Assembly (NCBI GenBank): GCA_019038695.1
Contig: JAHOYZ010000026.1
Coordinates: forward strand, 57,626-121,625
DNA: 64,000 nt
Source of the DNA: Candidatus Zixiibacteriota bacterium
GTDB taxonomy: Bacteria; Zixibacteria; MSB-5A5; GN15; FEB-12
Direction: 5' to 3'
Under the pieces are notes generated by a model. It saw only the letters and a list, made by a program, of their open reading frames with translations, did not search any database and had not been told where the DNA came from. Within the stretch, counting starts at the first letter, position 1. The number at the start of each line of letters is the position of its first letter. Both the position numbers and the translations under genes were made by a program. Below, one piece after another: positions 56,853 to 64,000 of the stretch.

Positions 56853-59045
56853 TTGATCGTTAGGTATGAGACTGCCTATATTATGATAATGGTTGCAATG
56901 AACTCATGGTTGAGAGTGAACAAGCCGCTTGTTGTAGTGCTGACTCTGGCGGTTCTGACCAGGCTCATATATCTGTGGATTTATCAGGGTCTCCCCGAGT
57001 GGGAGCAACTAACGGTCGACAATAATTATCACCACCATTGGGCGCAATCCCTTGCGTCGGGAAACATCATAGGCGACACAACATACTTCCGGGCACCGTT
57101 TTATTCTTTCTGCCTGGGGCTGCTCTATGCCGTATTCGGACCATCACTCTGGGTTGCACGGCTGCTGGGAATCGCAATCGGAGTGGCTTCGGTATTTCTA
57201 ACCTATCTTCTGGGCCGACGTATTGGCAACCAGAAGATCGGCGTTATTGCAGCTGTGATCCACGCTATCTATCCCATGGCTCTCTACTTTGAATCGGAGC
57301 TACTGCTCGACCCGCTATTCACCCTGCTGCTACAAATTTCCCTCTATAGATTGTTGGTCTGGATCGACCACAGGACACTTGCAGGAGCTTTGGGAGTGGG
57401 GTTAATGCTTGGACTGGCGGCTATCACACGTCCCACAGCGCTTGTACTGGTCGTTCCAATGATAGTCACGGTTATCGTATTCCACCGGAATATACCGAAA
57501 TGGACCGCCCAGCTCGCCCTCTTCGGTGTCGGTCTGGGTTTGGTGATCTTGCCTGTATCTGCGCGTAATCTCATGTTGGCGACCGATCCCGTGCTGATCT
57601 CTTCTCAGGGAGGAATCAATTTCTACATCGGTAATAACCCCGAAGCAAACGGTTTATCAGCTACACTTCCCGAACCAATGGGACACAACTGGCGGATAGA
57701 ACAGATCGAGTTTGAAGCCGAACAAGCACTCGGGCGAGACCTCAAGCCAGGAGAGGTTTCCTCCTATTGGGCTACTCAGGGGTGGCGCTGGATCGCTAAT
57801 AACCCGTCTACCTTTTTAAAGCTCTACTTTGAGAAATTGTATCGGAACTTCGCTTCTCGGGAAATTTCCAACAACCGGGATATCGAGGTTTTCTCTAATC
57901 ATCACCCACTACTGAGCTACAATCCACTCTGTTTCGCGCTGCTCCTTCCCCTGGCACTACTGGGTCTGATAGGCCGATGGCATATGACATCGGTTCGCGT
58001 GGTCTTGTGGCTCATACTGGTTTATGTAGCAACCGGGGCGTTATTTTTCTTTACAAGCCGATTTCGATTACCGCTCCTGCCAATCTATTTTGTGCTGACC
58101 GCTATTGGTCTGTCGGATGTATATCAAAATTCGCGTTCATCATTACGCACACTTCTGAGGCCGGGTATACTTGTGATCGTAATCAGTCTTCTGTCATACT
58201 TGCCACTGGTACCGTTACCCGTAGGATCCACACCGCACACTACTATAGCGGCCGGTCTGTATGAGTATACTCAAGGGAATTATCTGGCTGCTCTGAGGCT
58301 GCACCAGGCAGCGAGGCGCATTGATAGCACCTTCCCCGAAGTAAATCTCAATGTAGGCGTCGCTTTCCTGCGACTGGGTAAGGTTGACTCTGCCCGTCAC
58401 TACTTCGAGCACGAATTGCAGTTCCATCCCAACCGACCAAAAGCCTATACCAATCTCGGGTCCCTGCTTCTACTCGAAGGAAATCTAAAAGAAGCAATCG
58501 CTGCAGTCTCCGAGTCGGTCAAGCGACAACCGTATGATGTCACCGGGCAGAGTGTGCTTCTGCGCTGTATCTTCGCTGACAGTGTGGTTGGTGATGCGGC
58601 TGTTATTGAAGCGGTTTACACCTCGGCAAAAGCCACCGATGATGACATCTATCTTCTGAATGAGGCAGCCATCTTGTTGACCGAACGCGGTTTGACTGAT
58701 GCTGCCAGATCGGTCTTGAATAGAGCCTTGAATGCTACTCCTCCTCCTATTGAAACAGACGATGAGGCCTTTGCCATTGTCTTCAGAAATAGTCCTGAGA
58801 ACATCGCCAGACAGCGTGCGAGGGTTCATTATCAACTTGGTTACCTGGACGGTAAAGCTGGAAAATTTGGTCAATCGATCTATCATAGTCAGAGCGCTAT
58901 AACGCTGGACAGTAATCTATCCGATGCGTACATAAACCTGATCAGTGCCTACCTATCAACTGGACAGACAGCGGTGGCTGACTCGCTGCTGACTATAGCC
59001 CGACAGAGATTTCCGGACAATCCGCAACTCAGACGATTTCAGTAA
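56853..59045 (+). CDS. GT-C-fold membrane glycosyltransferase (GT39/GT83 PMT/ArnT-like) fused to C-terminal TPR repeats. The real start is probably internal, near MNSWLRVNK.
   Basis: About 11 TM helices with a PMT_2-like first-loop region (YFRAPFYSFCLGLLYAVFGPSLWVARLLGIAIGV). The C-terminal about 280 aa are TPR-like (AAGLYEYTQGNYLAALRLHQAARRID...). Confidence 0.55.
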   Translation: MIVRYETAYIMIMVAMNSWLRVNKPLVVVLTLAVLTRLIYLWIYQGLPEWEQLTVDNNYHHHWAQSLASGNIIGDTTYFRAPFYSFCLGLLYAVFGPSLWVARLLGIAIGVASVFLTYLLGRRIGNQKIGVIAAVIHAIYPMALYFESELLLDPLFTLLLQISLYRLLVWIDHRTLAGALGVGLMLGLAAITRPTALVLVVPMIVTVIVFHRNIPKWTAQLALFGVGLGLVILPVSARNLMLATDPVLISSQGGINFYIGNNPEANGLSATLPEPMGHNWRIEQIEFEAEQALGRDLKPGEVSSYWATQGWRWIANNPSTFLKLYFEKLYRNFASREISNNRDIEVFSNHHPLLSYNPLCFALLLPLALLGLIGRWHMTSVRVVLWLILVYVATGALFFFTSRFRLPLLPIYFVLTAIGLSDVYQNSRSSLRTLLRPGILVIVISLLSYLPLVPLPVGSTPHTTIAAGLYEYTQGNYLAALRLHQAARRIDSTFPEVNLNVGVAFLRLGKVDSARHYFEHELQFHPNRPKAYTNLGSLLLLEGNLKEAIAAVSESVKRQPYDVTGQSVLLRCIFADSVVGDAAVIEAVYTSAKATDDDIYLLNEAAILLTERGLTDAARSVLNRALNATPPPIETDDEAFAIVFRNSPENIARQRARVHYQLGYLDGKAGKFGQSIYHSQSAITLDSNLSDAYINLISAYLSTGQTAVADSLLTIARQRFPDNPQLRRFQ

Positions 59046-59069
59046 GGCTCTTCAAACTAATTGTACTCA

Positions 59070-59100
59070 TAGAAAAAGGGACCGAGAAAACTCGGTCCCT
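59070..59100 (-). terminator. Rho-independent terminator between convergent genes; the T-tract is on the minus strand, after the lipoprotein gene
   Basis: GGGACCGAG-aaaa-CTCGGTCCC is a 9-bp stem. On the minus strand TTTTTCTAT follows it. Confidence 0.5.
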
Positions 59101-59134
59101 TGAAAAATCAACTGAAATTTGGTTGTCACATCCT

Positions 59135-61477
59135 CTATCGCCTATGATCCAAGAGACTGCCACCTGTCTTCTCGATGAAGGCTTCGTTATTACGTTCCCA
59201 ATAGCGACGTCGCATCTCTGACACCGACAGACTTTGTCCAGCATCGTTGTAGCGAATCTCTGACACTGGAGCCGCAATTGAGGGATCATAAAGGTAGTCC
59301 AACACATTATTAACCAGGGCTTGAACGGGCGAGACTTCACGAATTCCGTCACCATCGGTGTCGGTGGTAGTAGTATCTATGCACAAGGGTGTGAAGTCAA
59401 AATGCACTGTTCTGAAGAGTCCCGTCTTGAATCGATGTCCAACCGGGGTACCCTCCATCACCCAGTCAAATCCATACTGCGGATCTATACCCAACGGATG
59501 ATCTGCACCATAGATAGACTTATAAAGATACATCACCTCAGAACCCCATGCTGCTTCACTCCAATTAACCTCGGGGATACATGGTAACTCAGGCAAGAAT
59601 GGGACAAGGTTAGCATCCCAGTACGTGCGGTTCTCAACAAGTTCGGGAAGAATCTTAACCTCCGGCCACTGATCGGGTTTAAGAGAGTAGGCCCCTATGA
59701 AATCCTCAGCTCTGTACTTAGGGACGCAGGGTCCGATATAGGCGGCCTTACAGAACCAGCCTGAAAACTGGGTACGAGCAACTCCGAAGTAGAAACGATA
59801 GTTCGAGGACATGTTCCCGTAGCTCTCAGATATATCGAGAAGGGGACCAGCGGTTCCTCCTTCTACCGGTGCCCTCATCGTAGACCATACATTGACACCA
59901 GCATCGATTGCTTTCCACAGCGGATCCTCAAACTTCGATAACCGCAAGTCGGAGGGATAGATATGCTCATTGTAAATGATCAATACCTTATAACTAAGTA
60001 AAGTCTTAAGGTCCAGCCCCAACTTCATGTTATTCTGACTCTTGACAAAGTAATAGTCCGAATATTCGAAGGGTAGGTCCACATTCCAAGTCCTGATCAG
60101 GTCAGCCCAAAACGGTAAAATATGGAAATCATTCGGATAATTAAACAATGTAGTATCCGGTCTTTGATTATTCGGCGTCAGTTTATATTTCGTAAGCGTA
60201 ATTCCGCTTGAGTAGGTGAAGTCAAGTACCGCTACATCTCGTTCGAACTTGGGATTAATGACCTTGAATTGTTCAAAAGCAGGTACTATATCCGGCACAA
60301 AAGCATCATCACGTGCACGAGCCCAGAAGATGAAATTCAACTCAATGGTCTCGCCACTAGGATAATCCTTAAACACATTGTATATGGTGTCAGTTGTGTT
60401 TAGAATCCAGGTGTCAATTCCATTGAAAGAGCTATCGACAACCAGATTGTACTCTGAGTTAATAAAGCCAGGATTGTCCACATCAAACAAGACGTCCATT
60501 TCACCTAGAACAGTACTCGGCATGCCGGACACGACAACCACAGAGTCACAATGCTCCACCAATCCCGTGTCAGTATAAAGCGAATCACACCGTATAATTG
60601 TATCGCCCACGTCGTAAATAAATCCGTCGTTGGTAACAAACACGTCTTTTACGAAATTGTTGTGGATATTAAGGGTATCGGCATTAGTGAACGGTCCATA
60701 CAGTCGCCACTCAAACTCAAACGGAGGTGGATCGGTAGGGTAGTCGATTTCATCTGATGCTCGCCAACCAAGACCTATTCCGGTGACTATTCCGCCCGCT
60801 TCCTCAGCATTAACAAAAGGCACTTTGGTCCTATCAAGTTCGATGACCGTCTGCGGAGGGTTATCGTTGCGCTTGAACACACGCCAAACTATTTCCGAAC
60901 CAAGACCTTCAGTATCAAAGGCCTGCAGGAAAACATATTGTTGCACAAAATTCAGTACCGGATTAGAAGTATCCGCTCTGAGCGGCAAAGAGTTCGCCGT
61001 TTGTGGATTTGCTGCAGTCGGATCGACATAGATGTAAGTCCAGTCTGAAACGGAGTCACAGATAGATATTATTTCCGACTCCGATGTGTCACAAGGTGTG
61101 CCGGAGACTGTGATCGTATCGCACAAGATAGTATCACAAGTGACAAATACCTCATCACTGAGAGTCAGGACGTAATCCTCCGGCGCCATATCACCAATGG
61201 AGCTACGGGTAATTATATGGTAGCGATAATAGGCTACTAGTCCGTCATTGTCACTGCCAAACCAATACACGATTGGATTTGCACTAAAGTCCTGGCCATC
61301 GGGAGGAATATTCACAAAGTGAACGTCGGGCCTCTGGTTGTCATACACATCACCTTCAAGAGTATCCGAACACCCGGCAAGGAAAAGCACCGAAGCGAGC
61401 AAAAAGCTCACTGTTACCACTCCGAAGGTTGTTATTGCCATAATATTTTTCGTATTGCCAAACATATTCAATTCCAA
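59135..61477 (-). CDS. Large lipoprotein of unknown function (780 aa) with a Cys-rich N-terminal region and an Asp-rich calcium-binding-like motif
   Basis: Lipobox LAGCSD after a signal helix. CDTILCDTITVSGTPCDTSESEIISICDS cluster. C-terminal DTDGDGIRE, a thrombospondin-type-3-like motif. Confidence 0.45.
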   Translation of the reverse strand: MELNMFGNTKNIMAITTFGVVTVSFLLASVLFLAGCSDTLEGDVYDNQRPDVHFVNIPPDGQDFSANPIVYWFGSDNDGLVAYYRYHIITRSSIGDMAPEDYVLTLSDEVFVTCDTILCDTITVSGTPCDTSESEIISICDSVSDWTYIYVDPTAANPQTANSLPLRADTSNPVLNFVQQYVFLQAFDTEGLGSEIVWRVFKRNDNPPQTVIELDRTKVPFVNAEEAGGIVTGIGLGWRASDEIDYPTDPPPFEFEWRLYGPFTNADTLNIHNNFVKDVFVTNDGFIYDVGDTIIRCDSLYTDTGLVEHCDSVVVVSGMPSTVLGEMDVLFDVDNPGFINSEYNLVVDSSFNGIDTWILNTTDTIYNVFKDYPSGETIELNFIFWARARDDAFVPDIVPAFEQFKVINPKFERDVAVLDFTYSSGITLTKYKLTPNNQRPDTTLFNYPNDFHILPFWADLIRTWNVDLPFEYSDYYFVKSQNNMKLGLDLKTLLSYKVLIIYNEHIYPSDLRLSKFEDPLWKAIDAGVNVWSTMRAPVEGGTAGPLLDISESYGNMSSNYRFYFGVARTQFSGWFCKAAYIGPCVPKYRAEDFIGAYSLKPDQWPEVKILPELVENRTYWDANLVPFLPELPCIPEVNWSEAAWGSEVMYLYKSIYGADHPLGIDPQYGFDWVMEGTPVGHRFKTGLFRTVHFDFTPLCIDTTTTDTDGDGIREVSPVQALVNNVLDYLYDPSIAAPVSEIRYNDAGQSLSVSEMRRRYWERNNEAFIEKTGGSLLDHRR

Positions 61478-61486
61478 GTTCTCCCG

Positions 61487-62503
61487 TTAGAATGCCATGG
61501 TCATAGTGAAACGGTGAACCTCAGTGAGGATACCGAAGTCCTGGAAAGCATAGTCAAAACGTAATTCATGCTCTTCGCCAAACGGCAATCGGACACCGCC
61601 CCCAGCCGTAAGACCATCGGCATCATAGTTGAACCGACTGCCTGCCCGGAGTGAGAAGAGGTCTTTGTATACGAACTCCAAACCGCTGTTATATTTCTCA
61701 AGGTTATCCGAGGGATGTGCTCCTTCAGCAGCAAATGTCAGCAGGTAATCATCCTGCTCAAGAACATTAATAGCCCCGCCGAATCTGAAGTTAATCGGTA
61801 GCGGGAAAGCATTCTTAATGAACTTCATATCGGGACCGAAATTGGTAATTACCATAGCAATCTTGAAGCCACGATAACCTGTATCGTAGATCGTACCGAC
61901 ATCTGCACTCCATCCACTGGCGGAATAGTCATGGACAAACTGACCAATAAACTTGACTGTCAGACCGATAGAAAAACGGTCGGTCAAGTATCGTCCGTAG
62001 CTGGCCGAAATAGCCATATCATTCCATGAGAAGATCCTACCGGTAGGGGCACGAAAATGATCGGTTTCATCCATATCCCCAGAGCCGAGGGCATACATAC
62101 CAATCCCAAGAACGCCTCCTATAGATTCCAGAGGCAACCCGATCGCCCCATATCCATAGGCAATATCGGCCGGCATCTTGATGTATGTAAAAGCGGCCTC
62201 CCGGCCGTAGAGAGATGTCAGTCCAGCGGGATTATAATAGACCGCAGAAATGTCATCCGCCACTGCTGCAAACGCCTCGGCCATACCCATAGCCCGCGCT
62301 GACACACCCAATTCCAGGAACTGCGCGCCAGTCGTGCCAACTTTGGCTTGTGACCAGACACTTGTCGGAACCATTATTACAAGGAACACCAACAACACTG
62401 TCCCGACCGCAATGCCACTACGACAAACTGTTCTCATTAATTTGTTACACCTCAAATGCATATGGTCCTCATCTATTTCTCTAAGACTCAATACTTTCTT
62501 CAA
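61487..62503 (-). CDS. PorV/PorQ-family (FadL-like) outer-membrane beta-barrel protein, paralog 3
   Basis: Signal/TM segment, then GVSARAMGMAEAFAAVADDISAVYYNPAGLTSL, the same block as paralogs 1 and 2. C-terminal ...HRFTMTMAF. Confidence 0.5.
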   Translation of the reverse strand: MKKVLSLREIDEDHMHLRCNKLMRTVCRSGIAVGTVLLVFLVIMVPTSVWSQAKVGTTGAQFLELGVSARAMGMAEAFAAVADDISAVYYNPAGLTSLYGREAAFTYIKMPADIAYGYGAIGLPLESIGGVLGIGMYALGSGDMDETDHFRAPTGRIFSWNDMAISASYGRYLTDRFSIGLTVKFIGQFVHDYSASGWSADVGTIYDTGYRGFKIAMVITNFGPDMKFIKNAFPLPINFRFGGAINVLEQDDYLLTFAAEGAHPSDNLEKYNSGLEFVYKDLFSLRAGSRFNYDADGLTAGGGVRLPFGEEHELRFDYAFQDFGILTEVHRFTMTMAF

Positions 62504-62521
62504 AGTTAATCAAATGTACCT

Positions 62522-64000
62522 CTACAGGTGTAGTTCGATCCCCATCTGGATCTGACGACCGTAGTCCCAGTTGGACGGATTAAGGTCGGAATCGGTTCCA
62601 CCCTTGACAATCCCGCTTGGGTTCTGCCGCGTATCGGGACGACCGGTACTACTATAGACATCCACAACGTTATGCACGTCAAAGATATTCTCGACCTGAA
62701 TGATATAGCCCATGTCAAGTCCCACGAGGTTGAACTCCTTGGTAAACTTCATATCGAACAGCACTACCGATGGTTTGCGTAGTGAATTCCTCTGTATATT
62801 TTCACCGGCAACGCTGGTAACATTCGGGTAGATAGGATCAGGAGTGAAGGGACGTCCAGATTCAATGAATGTAGAAACCATGAGACTCCAACCATTAGGA
62901 ATCGACAGACCGAAGAGACGTGGCTTAACATTATTTGGGATAAATATCTGGACGTTTGACTTCAGCGAGTGACGAACATCGTGATCCAGAGCACTCTCTG
63001 ATAGTGGCTCACGCAACATTGCCACCTCATCACGCCATTCCCGTGAGGTTTCTGATGCCTTGCCAAATGCAAAGGCATAAGTATAGCTCAACTGACCTCC
63101 GACGTATCCACCACCACGTTTGTCAATCGTCAATTCGAATCCGCGACTACGACCATAATCGACATTGCGATACTGGTTTCGATTAAGATTGTCCTTAGTC
63201 ACCATGGCACTGTTGACTTTGTCAAACTCATCCTTGAAATAACCAGAAACATCAATAGTATAAAACTCCGACATGGCGTACTTGACACCAAAGGAATACT
63301 GCACTGTCTTCTTGTAGTCGAGATTGTAGTTACCGATAACCTTGTCAGCATCAACCGCAGTAGTATTTCTCGCATACATTCTGATCAAGTCAGGCAGCTG
63401 ATAAAAATGGCCATAGTTGAAGTGAACCTTGGCCTTGTCAGAGATCGGATAAGAGAATCCGATACGAGGTGAAAACTTCTGCCGATCACCCAGAATAACA
63501 CCTGATCCCAAGTCATCATTTTGGGCAACCTCGACAAGATTGTGCTTATCTTGAATAAAGAAATCCCATCTTAAGCCCAACGATGCGATCATGGAACCGT
63601 ATTCAAGTTTGTCTCTAAGATATGCCGTACCACCCCATGGTTGGTAATTGAACATGTCTCGGAACGCTCCACGATCCGGATAGGGACCGCCATCTGATCT
63701 GCCGGTGTAGAGAATATAAGGTTTTTCTATCTCCTGATACAGGAGATCACGATGTTCGATTGCAACCCCACCCTTGAGTTCATGAGGGCCAAACTGACGA
63801 AACACCTTCACCTCTCCGCGAATGGTCTTGGTGTTATGATAGTGCCACAGCGCGGACTCATTATAGCTGAGCGGACTGAGAAAACCACCAGCGTCTCGCT
63901 GACCATTGCCATTAATATCGGTGAACTCCTCACCTACTTCGAAAAAGGTGCTGGGTGGATCATAGAGGCCGTTGCCATTCCGATCAATGTACTGGGTTGA
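62522..64000 (-). CDS. Outer-membrane beta-barrel protein (TonB-dependent-receptor-like C-terminal barrel). The 5' end lies beyond the window.
   Basis: The ORF-track start at 63811 is a GTG. By my translation the same frame stays open upstream to position 64000 (...DRNGNGLYDPPSTFFEVGEEFTDINGNGQRD...). The barrel region is rich in short beta strands and ends ...QMGIELHL. Confidence 0.4.
   Translation of the reverse strand, partial: STQYIDRNGNGLYDPPSTFFEVGEEFTDINGNGQRDAGGFLSPLSYNESALWHYHNTKTIRGEVKVFRQFGPHELKGGVAIEHRDLLYQEIEKPYILYTGRSDGGPYPDRGAFRDMFNYQPWGGTAYLRDKLEYGSMIASLGLRWDFFIQDKHNLVEVAQNDDLGSGVILGDRQKFSPRIGFSYPISDKAKVHFNYGHFYQLPDLIRMYARNTTAVDADKVIGNYNLDYKKTVQYSFGVKYAMSEFYTIDVSGYFKDEFDKVNSAMVTKDNLNRNQYRNVDYGRSRGFELTIDKRGGGYVGGQLSYTYAFAFGKASETSREWRDEVAMLREPLSESALDHDVRHSLKSNVQIFIPNNVKPRLFGLSIPNGWSLMVSTFIESGRPFTPDPIYPNVTSVAGENIQRNSLRKPSVVLFDMKFTKEFNLVGLDMGYIIQVENIFDVHNVVDVYSSTGRPDTRQNPSGIVKGGTDSDLNPSNWDYGRQIQMGIELHL

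Noticed and set aside
62522-63811. Start codon of the last minus-strand gene at 63811, as given by the ORF track
   Set aside because: The codon at 63809-63811 is GTG. By my translation the same frame remains open upstream to the window edge and encodes protein-like sequence with DxNGNG motifs. The gene is therefore 5'-truncated by the window and does not start here.
1-64000. CRISPR arrays, tRNA/rRNA genes, transposases, integrases and phage genes
   Set aside because: - No regularly spaced direct repeats were seen.
- No cloverleaf-like conserved tRNA stretches were noticed in the few intergenic gaps, all of which are shorter than 250 bp.
- No ORF carries DDE/HUH/tyrosine-recombinase motifs.
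- A computational scan (tRNAscan-SE, Infernal/Rfam, minced) would be needed for a definitive negative.

Overview
This 64 kb window reads as a gene-dense chromosomal segment (about 90% coding, about 52% GC by eye), probably from an uncultivated Gram-negative bacterium of the FCB superphylum; that placement is inferred from the type IX secretion (T9SS) content. Roughly 45 of about 52 genes are on the minus strand. I saw no rRNA, tRNA, CRISPR array, transposase, integrase or phage genes.

Housekeeping genes:
- tRNA modification and sulfur: mnmA with a cysteine desulfurase, truA, a dus-family tRNA-dihydrouridine synthase.
- Purines: purB, purQ, purS.
- Lipids: pssA-psd.
- Iron: the operon fur, feoA, feoB and a small Cys-rich feoB-associated protein, in that order on the minus strand, with a Fur-box-like palindrome upstream of fur.
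- Others: pabB-pabC-like pair, an etfA without etfB, transaldolase/Fsa, an isocitrate/isopropylmalate dehydrogenase, tatA, ecfT.

Envelope, secretion and signalling content:
1. A co-directional minus-strand run: ECF sigma factor, zf-HC2 anti-sigma, DegP/HtrA-like protease, CMD-family protein, TamB, Omp85/TamA-like protein.
2. An AsmA-family protein.
3. Four large secreted hydrolases that share a T9SS-type C-terminal sorting domain: two S8 subtilases, one M6/InhA-like metalloprotease and one BNR/Asp-box beta-propeller protein.
4. Three paralogous FadL-like PorV/PorQ-family outer-membrane proteins; two sit in tandem directly downstream of the BNR cargo gene.
5. A PKD-repeat lipoprotein.
6. A GT39/PMT-like membrane glycosyltransferase fused to TPR repeats.
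7. A three-gene Ser/Thr signalling cassette: tandem-FHA protein, calcineurin-like metallophosphoesterase, CHASE2-sensor Ser/Thr kinase.
8. A two-gene module: an SPFH (band-7) protein with a multi-zinc-ribbon tail plus an overlapping zinc-ribbon partner.

Two genes run off the window. An uninterrupted minus-strand ORF at 1..933 encodes a PAS/GAF sensor and is missing from the ORF track. The outer-membrane barrel gene at 62522..64000 is cut at its 5' end by the window edge.

The candidates I would look at first are the SPFH/zinc-ribbon pair, the FHA/phosphoesterase/CHASE2-kinase cassette, and the T9SS cargo plus PorV-paralog arrangement. All functional calls come from reading motifs in the translations by eye. 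Nothing was searched against databases.
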